This document shows positions 28,420-44,340 of a DNA stretch of 64,000 nt, one piece after another (positions within the stretch are counted from its first letter, which is position 1; every line of letters begins with the position of its first letter). The notes under the pieces are model-generated. The model did no database searches and was not told where the DNA came from. It worked only from the letters and a program-made list of their open reading frames with translations. The translations under genes were made by a program, and so were the position numbers. Source of the DNA: Eledone cirrhosa (Eukaryota); contig OZ024754.1 in assembly GCA_964016885.1 (NCBI GenBank), forward strand, positions 33,170,001-33,234,000, read 5' to 3'.

Positions 28420-29830
28420 TGGCTTTTTTAAAACTAGTTCTGTTTCCTTCGGTTATGGATTCATCAGGGATGAATGTACTCAATGTATGCAAGATATTTG
28501 TCAAAATACTGCAAGAGAGCACACAACATCCAAGGCGGAACTTATGTGTGATCGAAGTATATTTGAGATTCAGAAAAAATCGGGTGGCTTTAAAGAGCCA
28601 TTGCCCACAACAGAGCTGATTCTTGCCTTCGTAGACCAAGAGAAAGGTTTTCAATAATGAGAACAGTTGTGTGTTCTAGACCTCTACAATGTCAGCGGCT
28701 AAATACTGGACAACATGCCAAGTATTAATACAAGCAGCAGTCTGTGGGGTCCAGACACCAGGAGGACTCACAGACTGCTTTGAGATTGCGTCCGGAGTGA
28801 GAAAAGAATATGTCTTTTTACCCTCTTTTTCATTATATACAGAAAGAACAGAAAAGTCAGTTAGTCAGATAGAGACAAAGGCCAACAAACAGAGAGTAGG
28901 TGACTCGTAGAGGAAATTAGATACTTTAACGTTGACCTCGGTGGGATTTGACCTTAGAGAGGAGAGAGTCGATGCGAATCCCGCAAAGCATTCTAGTCGA
29001 TGATCTAACGGGAATAAATACGATGAAAAACACACAGGAGTACAGAGACAGACGAATAAGGGACACAAAATTTGTTTGTCCTATTCATGTTACAATATTT
29101 ATGTTGGCTATATACCAATCTTCTCCCTTATTCCTCCTTTGCCATACTTCTGTATGATTTTACTACTTGAAATGAAGGGCTACTACAAAATCTTAGACAA
29201 CTCACACATAGAACAACTCACAAAAACCAGGCCCGTAAAACAACCCAATGTCACATTGGTTTTCATGAAAACCCATTCACAAAAGTTTAAATGACATATT
29301 GGTGTAAACAGATATAGTAGTCATGCAAAGACCATCCTAGAAGTAGCTTTTATGAAGGAAAGTAAGTGATAGCCCTGTAACCAGATATAGTGGCCATGCA
29401 AAGACCATTCTAGAAGTAACTGTTGTGAAGGAAAGTAAGTGATGGCCGTGTAACCAGATATAGTGGTCATGCAAAGACCATTCTAGAAGTAACTGTTGTG
29501 AAGGAAAGTAAGTGATAGCCCTGTAACCAGATATAGTGGCCATGCAAAGACCATTCTAGAAGTAACTGTTGTGAAGGAAAGTAAGTGATAGCCCTGTAAC
29601 CAGATATAGTGGCCATGCAAAGACCATTCTAGAAGTAACTGTTGTGAAGGAAAGTAAGTGATAGCCCTGTAACTAGATATAGTGGTCACGCAAAGACCAT
29701 GCTATAAGGAAGAGATGTGAAGGAGAGAAGATGGGATCGACAGAGAATAGATGGACAGATAACATGAAAGACTGGACCAGAATATCTTTAATGGAGGCCG
29801 TAGATTTAGCAGGCAAAAGTGGAGATAGAG
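28420..29830 (+). pseudogene. Decayed RTE-clade LINE, interrupted by a SINE piece (about 28925-28995) and an internal minisatellite
   Basis: Remnant translations LAFVDQEKGF, TPGGLTDCFEIASGVRKEYVF, LEMKGYYKILDNSHIE, SGHAKTIL, RWTDNMKDWTRISLMEA resemble RTE RT motifs and C-terminus. Confidence 0.75.
29308..29700 (+). repeat. 73-bp minisatellite, about 5.4 units
   Basis: CCAGATATAGTGGCCATGCAAAGACCATTCTAGAAG.. units start at about 29308, 29381, 29454, 29527, 29600, 29673. Confidence 0.95.
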
Positions 29831-30116
29831 AAAACATATCAAAACAGCAACCCTTTAATTTCATCAAGAGTTGAAAGATTACGATACAATACGACACGAT
29901 ATATTCACCTCCAACACTAGAGAGGTAAACAGTGTCAGTTACATAGCTCTTAATAACATAACGGCTAATAATTTCTATTGACTTCAGTGACTGGATAAAC
30001 CTGAAGTTATGGCACTGATGCCTTTTCCAAGATATGACCGTAATAAGGAGAATATGAGATACAAACATCAATCATATGTTATTTTTGAATAGGCGCCGAG
30101 CATATATGTTTCAGGT

Positions 30117-30186
<70 letters not shown>

Positions 30187-30306
30187 TATATAGAGAGAGA
30201 GGGGGAGATAGATAGATATATAGATAGATAGATATGTGTGTGAATGCATATACACAGATATACATATCTAAATAGATATCTATATATATCTATATATATC
30301 TATATC

Positions 30307-30362
<56 letters not shown>

Positions 30363-30883
30363 TGTAGATGTAGATGTGTGCATGCATCCGTCACTCATAC
30401 GTGTTTCCGGTCGATTAGTTGTTTCACTATCAACTTCCACACAAAAGGCATTTAACCGCCATTAATGGCGACCAGCGCGGCAGAACAGGTCATTGCAATG
30501 GGCACACGAGGGCTAAAGTGGACGCTTTATAGATTCAGTCCCAGGAGGACCAAACCTCACTCAATCTCACTTTCCTGAAGCATTGATGTTAGAAAAAAAA
30601 AAGTCATTGTAACTGTTATTGCTGTCGTTGTTTTTGTCGTATGTATTGGTTTCTGTTATTGTCGCTTTTATTAAATTCCCCTTTGTGTTTATGTGTTTGT
30701 GTGTCTGTGTGTGTGTGTTTGATTCTCTCTCTCTTTTTCTGTATGTGTGTATGTGTGTGTGTGAGTGTGTGTGTTTGTGTGTTTTTTTTCTTTTCCAACC
30801 AACTTGCATATGTACAGTCTTTAGCATCGACTTCGTCTGCACATCGTCCAATGTACAGTCATAGATATGGTTAATGTTCCATA

Positions 30884-30920
<37 letters not shown>

Positions 30921-31041
30921 CTCTCTCTCGCTCGCTCTCGCTCTATATATATATATATATGTGTGTGCGTGTATGTGTATGTGTGTGTGTGTCTGTGTGT
31001 GTGTCTATGTGTGTATGTATATATATATAACATATATATAT

Positions 31042-31096
<55 letters not shown>

Positions 31097-31150
31097 GTTA
31101 TATATATATATATATGCGTTCACACCCGACATCCATCGATCGTATCTATC

Positions 31151-31229
<79 letters not shown>

Positions 31230-31619
31230 ATCTATATATCTATCCATCTATCCATCTATCTATCTATATATCTATATATCCATCTATCTATCTATATATC
31301 TATATATCTATATATCTATATATCTATCTATCCATCTATCTATCTATCTGTCTACAATCCTATCCTTCCTGTATATCTTTTATTTGCTTCGTCTCATGTC
31401 TCTTTGTGCACCATTGATGAAAACTAACATTTCTAATGTATTTGCACGTGAAAAATATCGATACATGCAACCTTATACAACCTTGTACAGCCCTGTCTTG
31501 CTCTGTGGGGCAATTGTTCTTTATTTGACTTGTTTCATCTCTAGAGACTCACATGGATTCATAACTTAAGTAGCAGTGCTCGGCTAAATCACACTGGGAG
31601 GCTAGGGCAGTTTAAATGG

Positions 31620-31653
<34 letters not shown>

Positions 31654-32307
31654 CTTTCTCTCGCTTTCCTTCGTTCTCTTAACCCTCTCTCTTCTCTTTC
31701 TCTTCTCTTTCTCTCCTTCTATCTCTCTCATTCTATCTCTCTCATTCTATCTCTCTCATTCTATCTCTTTCATTCTATCTCTCTCATTCTATCTCCCACC
31801 TTCTCTCTCTCCGCCTCTCTCTCTCTCTCCCCTTACCCCTCTCATTCATTCTCTCTCTTAACCCTCTCTCTTCTCTTCTCTTTCTCTCCTTCTATCTCTC
31901 TCATTCTATCTCTTTCATTCTATCTCTCTCATTCTATCTCCCACCTTCTCTCTCTCCGCCTCTCTCTCTCTCTCTCCCCTTACCCCTCTCATTCATTCTC
32001 TCTCTTAACCCTCTCTCTCTCTCTATCTATCTATCTCCTCTCTTTCTCTCTGCCTTTCACTCTATGTGGCTCTCTTTCTTCCCCCTCTTTTTCTTTGTAT
32101 CTTTCTCTCAGTCTCTCTTAACTCTCTCACTCCCTCTCTCCTCTCACTCATTTTCTCTCTCTCTCTTTCTCTCTCCTCTAACCCCGCCCCATCTCTCGGT
32201 TATTTTGAATCGCAGCCATTTCTCTTCTTACCAAATAAAAGGAAGAGCTTGGCGATTGTTGGGGCGGAAATAACAACAACAACAGCAGCAACAACAACCA
32301 CAACAGC

Positions 32308-32341
<34 letters not shown>

Positions 32342-32843
32342 GCAATAATGATAATAAAAGAAAAAGAAAAAAGAAAATATATATTAATATATATAAAGTT
32401 GATAGTGGTGATGGTGTTGATGGTGATGGTGTTGGTGGTGGTGGTGGTGGTGGTGATGGTGGTGGTGGTGGTGATGATGATAGAGGTGGTTGCGTTGGGT
32501 GTGGTGGTGGTGGTGGTGGTGATGATGATAGAGGTGGTTGCGTTGAGGGTGATGGTGTTGATGGTGGTGGTGGTGGTGGTGTTGATGGTGGTGGTGTTGA
32601 TGGTGGTGGTGATGGTGGTGGTGGTGGTGTGGTGGTGGTGGTGATGATGGTGGTGGTGTGGTGGTGGTGGTGGTGGTGGTGGTGGTGGTGGTGGTGATGA
32701 TGATAGAGGTGGTTGCGTTGGGGGTGAAGGTGGTGATTGTGTTGATTGTGATGGTGGTGGTGGTGATCATGATGTGGCGAAGGAGGTGGATGATGTTGAT
32801 GATGATGTGTAATAGTAGTAGTAGTAGTAGTAGTAGTAGTGAC

Positions 32844-32901
<58 letters not shown>

Positions 32902-32917
32902 ACAGTAGTAGAAGTAA

Positions 32918-32949
<32 letters not shown>

Positions 32950-33010
32950 ACAGTAGTGGTAGTAATAGTAGTTGTAGTAGTAGTAGTAGTAGTAGTAGTA
33001 GTGACAGTAA

Positions 33011-33048
<38 letters not shown>

Positions 33049-33348
33049 ACAGTAGTGGTAGTACTAGTAGTAGTTGTAGTAGTAATAGTAGGAGGAAGAG
33101 AAGGTGGGGAGGGGAGGGGGCCATGATTAAGGTATCGGAAGCAAACATTACTAACTTAATATTGGAGGCGTACATTTATTGAAAATGTAACAGCTAAGCT
33201 ACTTCGAATACACACACACACTCACACACACACATACACACACACACACACACCTGTATGTGATGGACACCTGCGTGCAACATATACATATATATATGTA
33301 TATATATCAATATATATGTATGTATGTATATATATATATATATGTATG

Positions 33349-33407
<59 letters not shown>

Positions 33408-33430
33408 ATCTATATATATATATATGTATG

Positions 33431-33491
<61 letters not shown>

Positions 33492-33574
33492 ATATATATA
33501 TTATACTCTGCTATGTATTGAGTACCTTATTGTGGTTACCTCCGATTCAACCCGGAATAACTTATATATAAATA

Positions 33575-33605
<31 letters not shown>

Positions 33606-33631
33606 GTGTATATATGTATGTACATATATAC

Positions 33632-33674
<43 letters not shown>

Positions 33675-33680
33675 TATACA

Positions 33681-33723
<43 letters not shown>

Positions 33724-33766
33724 TTATTTATTTATTTATATATACATTATATATATATATAATATT

Positions 33767-33801
<35 letters not shown>

Positions 33802-34090
33802 CTGTGTGTCAGTGTGTGTGTCATTAATCAGTGTGTGTAGGTGATCAAGGTAAGATATCTAGGAGGCAGTTGAAAGGTCAATACAACAGCTTCAGTGATT
33901 GGTCCGTAGCAGTTCTTCGGCAAATGTCAAGCAGTTGGCTTTATATTATATACTAGTGTGTACATACCATAGATAAATATTTACCATTTTATCTGCTGCT
34001 CACACCACTCCACTACACCTACACTACACCTCCCTACACACACATACATACACACATACACACATACACACAGATGGTTGATTTGAGGTT

Positions 34091-34121
<31 letters not shown>

Positions 34122-34124
34122 GTG

Positions 34125-34177
<53 letters not shown>

Positions 34178-34296
34178 CATATATATATATATATATATAT
34201 TTATATATCATATTTCTACACATATATATATATGTATATATGTATGTGTGTATATATATATATGGTTGGAAGATCACTGATGAAGGACTAACTTTA

Positions 34297-34368
<72 letters not shown>

Positions 34369-34454
34369 GACACACATACACACACACACATATATATATA
34401 TATATAGAGAGAGAGAGATAGATATCGATATAGATATAGATATGTATATGTATG

Positions 34455-34513
<59 letters not shown>

Positions 34514-35031
34514 ATATATATATATATACATACATATATATACATATATATATATATACATATATATATACATATATATGTATATATATATATACATATA
34601 TAACAAAAAAACACTAAAACACACAAGCGCACACACACAAACACTCACACACACACATACACGCACACTCTCACACATATACACATACACTTACACACAT
34701 TCAAAGACTCTCTCTTATTTGTAAACGTTTTCCCCTTCAATTGGTTCTCGGCTAGATCGATGTCTGTTAACCGAACGTCAACTAACTGACTTGTTTAATA
34801 GATCCACAAACCAGCAGAAAGCCAGTGTTCTTATAATTAAGGAGACTCAAAAGATTCGAATAAAATCCACTAAGTGTTGTTTTATGTCTATAATAGATCG
34901 TATTTTTCACCGTCAAACACCATTAATGGGACAAGTACAGTGTTTTGTACTTAGAAATCGATGTTAAGAGGAGATGTAGTACGTCTACTATATTACTATT
35001 AATATATACTTGTCTCATACATCTATGTATG

Positions 35032-35078
<47 letters not shown>

Positions 35079-35079
35079 T

Positions 35080-35161
<82 letters not shown>

Positions 35162-35243
35162 CATATACATTCATATACATATACACACGTATATCGATAT
35201 ATATGCATACACTTATTTTCGCTTACAAACACACACACATACA

Positions 35244-35372
<129 letters not shown>

Positions 35373-35559
35373 TCATTCTGACTTCTCTCTTTGGACTGTA
35401 GACATGTATCCCCGTTTTCACGTTTCAGTCGACTCTATTGACCAAAGTACTTAGTGGGAGAGCTAATGTCTTCTCTATTTACCGAATGGACAAATACACC
35501 TGCAGCGAAAGTATAAGGACAAAACTCATCAAGCTTGTTGAGTTTGGTCCTTTTACTTA

Positions 35560-36903
35560 GTACACATGCATATAACCCTTCCCCCTATATATTTACACAA
35601 ACACCTGCATGCACACATGCATATAGCGCATCCCTCCTTATATATATGCTCACAAACACCTGCATACACACATGCACATAGCGCATCCCTCATATATATA
35701 TGTAGGTACACAAAAACCTACATCACACATGCATATATTTATTGTGTAATTTTTTGGGGTGCGCAAATGAATAAATTGTTGCTGCTTCCAACTCGTGAGC
35801 AACCAACATAGAGTTGACCATGGGAGAAACATGTAGTAGAGAGATTAAGTCCAACTACTTTGAAGGATTGACCCTGGGATTTGTTAATTGAAATAAGAGG
35901 AATTTTTAGAATAAAGATATTTTTTTTCAATATTGTAAAGAAATAAGTATTAACATCCAAAAGAAATATATACTAATCTCTATTTGTGTATGCAGTGTAA
36001 ATCAACCAAATATAAGCAAATGTATTAAGTGCTAATTTAACGGTATGAGAATATAAATATAAACGAACAGATACATATACACTAACACAAACATACACTT
36101 ATAAAAAAAAACACACAGACATACATTCATACAATCACACACATAGTTTCACCCACGAACAGACAGACATACACTAACACAAACATACACTTATAAAGAA
36201 CAGACATACATTCATACAATCACACACATAGTGTGTCCCCCCCCCCCCCCGAACATTCACATATACACTAATACAAAAATACACTTATAAAAAACACACA
36301 CACACCACACACACATACATACATACATTCATACATTCATACAAACACACAGAGTTTCAGCCCCGAACAGACTCACATACACCCAGACAAACATACACTT
36401 ATAAAAACACATAGGCATACATTCATACAAACACACACAGAGTTTCACCCCCAGCGTTTCGTTATATCAGTTATCCCAGAAATGTAGGTATACTCACACA
36501 CATATACACTCACACACATATGTTTATGTATATGTAGATGTGTGTGTGTTTAATTATCTATGTATCTGATTAAATATTTACAGGAAGATGTGTGTATGTA
36601 ACTTATTAAGGCGTAACGTACGTAACGAACGCTCAAACACACACACACTCACAGACACATGCACACTCATATACAAAATGTGACGCCGTCGTCGTTGTGT
36701 TATAAGATGTCCATTTCTTATAGTTGACTGTAATAGATTATTTTAGATAAAATGTTATATTGTTTTAATCCAAATGAAAATAAAAATTACATGTTAGCCC
36801 GAGGTTTAATACTATTACCTTGTAAAATTTGATTTGAATTGGTCGAGCCGTTTGAGAATGGATAAGGAAAAGACAGAGAGTCAAAGAATATTATATATAA
36901 AGA
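35560..36903 (-). mobile_element. Internally deleted Helitron with helicase C-terminal remnant and internal ~100-bp tandem repeats (36064-36450); 3' end not located
   Basis: 5' end A|TCTTTATATATAATATTC..CTCAAACGGCTCGACCAATT at 36903; Pif1-like motif at 35739-35895. Confidence 0.72.
35739..35895 (-). pseudogene. Helitron RepHel (Pif1-like helicase) C-terminal fragment
   Basis: [34 protein letters not shown] matches helicase motifs V-VI. Confidence 0.9.
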
Positions 36904-37119
36904 TAGGTAGATCCATGTCAACAAGTCTGGGTTCATATTCCTTAATATTAAACTATTCTGTAGTCAATTTACGGTGAAGAATCCTTCTAATTCTATTTTC
37001 AAAATGTTCAATTACCACCGTGTTCGTTGGTATCTGTTATATTGCGGCTACAACTTTGATTTATACCCACACACACACACACACACATAGATATACACAC
37101 AGGCACACACATACACACA

Positions 37120-37187
<68 letters not shown>

Positions 37188-37279
37188 TATACATATATAT
37201 ATATGCATATATATATATACACATATATATATATACATATATATATATGCATATATATATATGCATATATATATATATA

Positions 37280-37467
37280 AATGGCTTCTACAGGACTAGA
37301 ACTGTTTCATTCGGAGGAAACCACCAAAAGAAAGAGGATGATGATTTTCCTCCGAATGAAACAGTTCTAGTCCTGTAGAAGCCATTTCTATATTAAATAT
37401 TTATACTCTGCTATGTATTGAGTAACTTACTTACTGTGGTTACCCCCCGATTGAACCCGGGATAAAC
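37280..37467 (+). mobile_element. Family C fold-back element (41-bp arms at 37280-37320 and 37346-37386, plus tail)
   Basis: AATGGCTTCTACAGGACTAGAACTGTTTCATTCGGAGGAAA and its reverse complement; TA tracts on both sides. Confidence 0.8.
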
Positions 37468-38385
37468 ATATATAGGTGAAGGCGTGTGGCTGAGTGGTTA
37501 GAGAATTGTATTCGCAATCGTGAGTTTGTGAGTTCGATTTCCGGACCGGCCGATTCGTTATGTCCTTGAGCAAGACACTTTATTTCACGTTGTTCCTTCT
37601 ACCTGGAGTTGCGACCGATAGATAGTATTAGTAACTGGAAAGACTGACGGAAACATTGTTTCCTCGGTCCGATTTCACGAAAGTCGATCGTTCTTTTTTT
37701 TATATATGTATAAATGGTACTTATATTATGAGCTCTATTTGTATCACAACCTTCAACACCTCCACCAATATCCCCATCGCCACCACCATCACTGCTCCCA
37801 CTATCACCACCACCACCACCATCACCATCAACTCCTTCAACAACTACACCGCCACTATTCTACCCACTCCATCACCACCACCAATCTCCCCCCACCACCA
37901 CCACCACCACCAATATCCCCCACCACCACCACCACCATCAATATCCCCACCACCACCACCAATATCCCCCACCTCTACCACTACCAATATCCCCACCACC
38001 ACCACCACCAATATCCCCCACCTCCACCACCGCCAATATCCCCACCACCACCACCACCACCAATATCCACACCATCCCCACCACCCCCAACAATCTTTCA
38101 ACCCACCTCCACCACCAATCTCTCTCCTCACCACCACCACCGATCTCTCTTCCCACCACCACCACCAATATCCTCTCCACCACCGCCACCAATCTCCCTC
38201 CCCACCACCACCACCACTAACCCCCCCCCCCCACCTCCGCCACCAATCCAATCCCACCGACCACTTATCTCTACTCTCCCCCAACCCCTCCTCCTCCTCT
38301 ATCAAATCCTGTCTCACCTCGCCATCATTTCTCGCCATTGACAACTTATTCAGCTGCTGGTTGCTTCTTCTTCTTCTTGGCCATA

Positions 38386-38628
38386 CAGTCTATTCCAGCG
38401 CATCTCCCTTACCATCCTCTGGGGAAACGCCTTCTCCATTCTGTCCGCCGGGGCTGTGGGGAGGCCAGCACGTGGGACCCCATTTGCTCACCATACGGAG
38501 AGATGGGGAGGGCGAGAGAGACGGAGGCGATGACAGTGGGAGTTCGGCTGTTCTTTCATGTTTACTTAGGTTACAATTGCATTGTGATAGAAATTCTTAT
38601 ATTATTATCATTCATCATCAGTCTATTC
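38386..38628 (+). mobile_element. Short 3' fragment of a CRE-like RLE retrotransposon with 10-bp target site duplication
   Basis: Translates LFQRISLTILWGNAFSILSAG (QRIS..RGNA..IL terminal motif). CAGTCTATTC at 38386-95 and 38619-28; the paralogous site at 39046-55 is empty. Confidence 0.78.
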
Positions 38629-39099
38629 TCTAATTTACATATCGTCCACCATACAAACTAATTTAAGTATCTCCATTGGCCTCTTACAGATTTCTTTCTC
38701 TTTTCCTTCCCTTTCTTAGATAACAAACCGCATGCAAGTCTGAAAAGAAAAAGAAAAAAGAAAACTATTTCATTTCAATCTCGGCATGAAGTGGCCACGC
38801 TTTTAAGTTGAATTTTATTTTCAATTTCTGCTTCCATTGTGATTAAGTAGATTGAGAGCCGAGCCATTAATTCTATGGTAGTTTTCTCGGACGGTGAAGA
38901 GTGAAGATAATCTCTCAATCCACCGACGACCACTTATCTATATCCCGCCCCCCCCTCTTCTTCTATCAAATCCTGTCTCACCTTGCCATCATTTCTCGCC
39001 ATTGACAACTTATTCAGCTGCTGGTTCCTTCTTCTCTTGGCCATACATTCTACTCTCTAATTTAAATATTGTCCACCATACAAACTAATTTAAATATCT

Positions 39100-39317
39100 C
39101 CATTTACATTACTCAATATATACTATTGTAATTTTATGGTAAATGCTTTATCTTACATAATTATCTCACATAATATTGAATCTATGAGATTTTGATGTTA
39201 TTTATTTTGAGAAAAATACCTTAATGTCAGTATGAGCAGCCAGTTATGGCCGGTTTGCTCAGAAAGAGGTGAGAGAATTTTGGCCGGATATGGCCGGTTT
39301 AAATGCTAAAGGGTTAA
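39100..39317. mobile_element. One end of a piggyBac-like MITE
   Basis: Ends GGCCGGATATGGCCGGTTTAAATGCTAAAGGG|TTAA and is absent from the paralogous duplicate; left TIR not seen. Confidence 0.55.
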
Positions 39318-39753
39318 GTATCTCCGTTGACCTCTTACAGATTTCTTTCTCTTTTCCTTCCCTTTCTTAGATAACAAACCACATGCAAATCTGAAAAGAA
39401 AAAGAAAAAAGAAAACTATTTCATTTCAATCTCGGCATGAAGTGGCGACGCTTTTAAATTGAATTTTATTTTCAATTTCTGTCTCCATTGTGGTTAAGTA
39501 GATTGAGCGGCAGGGCAAATATTTCTATGGTAGTTTTCTCGGAAGATGAAGGGTGAAGATAATCTCTCAATTAAATAAGATTGGTTAAAGCCTAGCTAAG
39601 ATAGTGTCTCAACTTACAAACAATATTTCTTGATAGCTAAAATATGTTTTTTGAGTAGCTAAGATATTTGTCAGCTTGCTTTAATTTATTGCATCTTCGT
39701 TTACTAACCGGAATCACCATTTCTAGCTATTGGTAAATATCCTAACATAAATG

Positions 39754-39809
<56 letters not shown>

Positions 39810-39847
39810 TATGTGTCCGCATGTATCTGTGTGTTTCTAAATATATT

Positions 39848-39926
<79 letters not shown>

Positions 39927-40367
39927 ATAAATACAATATCGGAGAAAGCTTTTTAGCGATACTCCGGCCAAATTCCAACTCACTCAACAAACATTAGGAA
40001 ATAAGTGATTATATTCCCAATTATGCGTTCGGGATGCTAACTAAAAGTATTGCGTGGAAAATTAGCTGTATTATTTCATATGAGATATATCTAATATATC
40101 TCTTCCCAGACGGACGTCTCGTTTCATTATAGGACTCCTACAATTTGGGAGAAATTATACCAATTTATGTAGGAGCTTGTATACCATCAATAGATATATA
40201 TTCAAGTGGGCTCCTATAATTCATCAGTGGGTGCCCCAATAATACTAATATTGATAATCTAACAAACATCAGCTTTTAGCGATAATCACTTTCTGTGCCT
40301 GAGGTATCTGTCAGGTAGCCAGTCCAGCAGTTCTGAAAGAAGTGCTCATATATACCATTTATGTTAG

Positions 40368-40410
<43 letters not shown>

Positions 40411-40471
40411 AAAAAAAGATGAAATCGAAAATGCAACTGGAGTCTTATTTTAAAAAATAATCTCAACTCTA

Positions 40472-40507
40472 CTTTTGAAAAGCAGAAGAACTGCGAAACC
40501 GGTAAAG
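40472..40507 (+). ncRNA. Hammerhead variant with U3-A8 core, inside a fold-back element (about 40406-40645)
   Basis: CTT-TTGAAAA-GCAG AAGAA CTGC-GAAA-CCGG-TA-AAG; flanking arms about 40419-40457 and 40531-40569 are inverted. Confidence 0.6.
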
Positions 40508-40640
40508 GAACCAAATAAATATATATATATTTTTTTTAAATAAGACTCCAGTTGCATTTTCGATTTCATATTCTTTTCTTTATACTTTCACTCGTGTAGG
40601 ACACCTCGGTTATTTTTCATTTTGTAAAAAAGAACCTCAC

Positions 40641-40709
<69 letters not shown>

Positions 40710-40778
40710 TTTCCAAGGGAAATTCAACTGATAAGGTATGTTTCCTTGGCTATGTCAAAATTTATAAAACACTCTTTA

Positions 40779-40840
40779 TATTTTATCTAATGAAAGCGTA
40801 CCAAACTTTTTGGTACCCTTGAAATATATATAATAGAATA
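40779..40840 (+). ncRNA. Family A hammerhead with G5A substitution (probably inactive)
   Basis: TATTTTAT-CTAATGA-AAG C GTACCAAA..TTTGGTAC C CTT-GAAA-TATATA-TA-ATAGAATA. Confidence 0.65.
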
Positions 40841-40879
40841 AATATGGTTTTATAAATATAGTTTCCATTTATTTAATAT

Positions 40880-40918
<39 letters not shown>

Positions 40919-40971
40919 AGTAAATTATAAACATAAACATGTATGTTTTTGAAACGGTGCGCGAGTTTGAA

Positions 40972-41924
<953 letters not shown>

Positions 41925-42074
41925 CACATATATATATATATTTATATATATATAAACATATATATATATATATATATATACATATATATGTATATTTATA
42001 TATATATATGTATACACATATATATATGTATATATATACATATGTATACACACACACACACATATATATAGATA

Positions 42075-42105
<31 letters not shown>

Positions 42106-42147
42106 CATACATACATACATACATACATACATACATACATACATACA

Positions 42148-42179
<32 letters not shown>

Positions 42180-42253
42180 CATACATATATATATATATAC
42201 ACACACATACACACACATATATATATATACACACATATATATATGGAGAAGAG

Positions 42254-42291
<38 letters not shown>

Positions 42292-42909
42292 AGAGAGAGA
42301 ACTTATAAATAAAACATTTTAAATGTCATTTTGATCATTAATACTTGATGATTATTTTGAAGTAAACCGTGGAATTTACACGGGATCAGCTAGTGAATAT
42401 CAATTTATTAACTTACAGGCAAATCATTTAATTATTCCTCACGTTCCAACTTCAAACTATTAGTTAGATTGCTCAGATTTTCACCCTCCAGGGGTAAAAA
42501 AAAACAGCCTGAAAACACTAAAAGCACTACCAGTATTATAAGAAAGCTGCTGCAATTGTATTGACAAGCTGGCTTTCAAGATGGCTAATTCTAGAACCCG
42601 TGTAATCCACACACCGTTTATTGAAAGGGTGCTACTGGCTACTGGCCTTAATAAAAGCTCAATGTAATACACATCCAATTTAAAAGTCTTTTTCTTCTTG
42701 TCCTTTTACTGGGTTCCCTTTTCTTTTGCATTGTAACTCATCTCTCTCTCCCCCTCTCTCCCCCTCTCTCTCTCTCTCTCTCCCTATCCCCCCTCTCTCT
42801 CTCTCCCTCTCATCTCTCTCCCTCATCTCTCTCTCTCTCCCACTTATCTCATTTCCTCTATCTATCTCTCTCCCTCCCACTTATCTCATTCCCTCTATCT
42901 ATCTATCTG

Positions 42910-42941
<32 letters not shown>

Positions 42942-43013
42942 ACTATATATATATATATATATATATATACATTCAAACACACATGCATCCATACACACTC
43001 AGCAATACACTTG

Positions 43014-43076
<63 letters not shown>

Positions 43077-43080
<4 letters not shown>

Positions 43081-43169
43081 GAGCTCGGTGGAAGGTGAAA
43101 GGATGAAAAAAAAAAAGATGCAGGACTACGAGTGTACATGTGTGTATATGTGTGTAGGAAGGATACATA

Positions 43170-43206
<37 letters not shown>

Positions 43207-43294
43207 GTATCCTTCCTACACACATACACACACATGTACACTCGTAGTCCTGCATCTTTTTTTTCCATCCTTTCACCCTCCACCGAGCTCCTTT
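43077..43294. repeat. Inverted repeat (about 90-bp arms) enclosing a (TA)n tract
   Basis: AAAGGAGCTCGGTGGA..AGGAAGGATAC (TA)n GTATCCTTCCT..CACCGAGCTCCTTT. Confidence 0.9.
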
Positions 43295-43459
43295 TGCCGT
43301 ACTTCGCAGTTCCTGCCACTTATACTCTAACTTCTTTGTTTAAAGAGTGAGAGAAGGAAGGATACGGGAGACAACCCTAGTTGTGTTGAATACACCTCCT
43401 GTTACAGCGCTATATACTCGGTTTCCAATGTAGTCCTTAAACTTTATGGGGCATAAATC

Positions 43460-44340
43460 ATTGTTTCTACTTTAGTTACAAGGCCAGCAATCACCCAGTG
43501 TATTACTGGTACTTTATTTTATCGACCCCGTTAAGGATGAAAGGCGAAGTTAACCTCGGCGTGATTTGAACTCAGAATGTCAAGGGCCGTAACTCTATGC
43601 GTCGAAGCATGGCGCATGGCCCTCTACCGATACTGCCAATCCACCGAAATAATAATGGTTTCTTAAATAGACACAAGGCCAGCAATTTGGGGGGAAGGGA
43701 AAGTCGATTAAATCGACCCCAGCGCCTGCCTGGTACTTTATTTTATCGACCCCGTAAGGATGAAAGGCAAAGTTAACCTCGGCGGGATTTGAACTCTGAA
43801 TGGCAAGGGCCGTAACTCTATGCGTCAAAGCATGGCGCCCGACCCTCTACCGATACTGCCAATCCACCGAAATAATAATAATAAGGATTTCATTTATTGG
43901 CCACAAGGCCCGACATATAGGGAACAAACATCAACAACAATAACAATAATAATTTTTTCTACTTTTGGCACAAGGCCAGCAATTACCCCAGTGCATTACT
44001 GGTACTTTGTTTTATCGACCCCGTAAGGATGAAAGGCAAAGTTAACCTCGACGGGATTTGAACTAAAAACATACAGGGCCATAACTCTATGCTGCAAAGA
44101 ATGGTATCTGTCGCTCTATCGTAACGATTATTTGGCATTATCGGTAGAGTCGGACGCCATGCTTTGCAGTATAGAGTTACGTCTCTTTACAGTCTGAGTT
44201 CAAATCCCGCCTAGGTTAACTTTGACTCTCATCCTTACGGGTTTGATAAATTAAAGTACCAGTAATGTACTGGTATCGATTTAATCAACTTTCCCCTCCC
44301 CAAAATTACTGGCCTTGTGCCTATATAAGAAACCATTATT
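43460..44340. mobile_element. SINE family 1 cluster: three minus copies and one plus copy
   Basis: Copies at about 43460-43645, 43655-43870, 43950-44120 (minus) and 44135-44340 (plus). Confidence 0.9.

Larger units (their letters stand above)
38255..39570 (+). repeat. Local tandem duplication (about 38255-38920 vs 38920-39570), each copy carrying a different insertion
   Basis: ATCAAATCCTGTCTCACC..CAGCTGCTGGTT and CTCTTACAGATTTCTTTCTC..GTGAAGATAATCTCTCAAT each occur twice. Confidence 0.9.

Noticed and set aside
29308-29700. CRISPR-like regular array
   Set aside because: No unique spacers, no cas genes, eukaryotic context; it is a minisatellite.
37656-38633. 325-aa Pro/His-rich ORF
   Set aside because: Composed of CAC low-complexity repeat running into a CRE fragment in a different frame.
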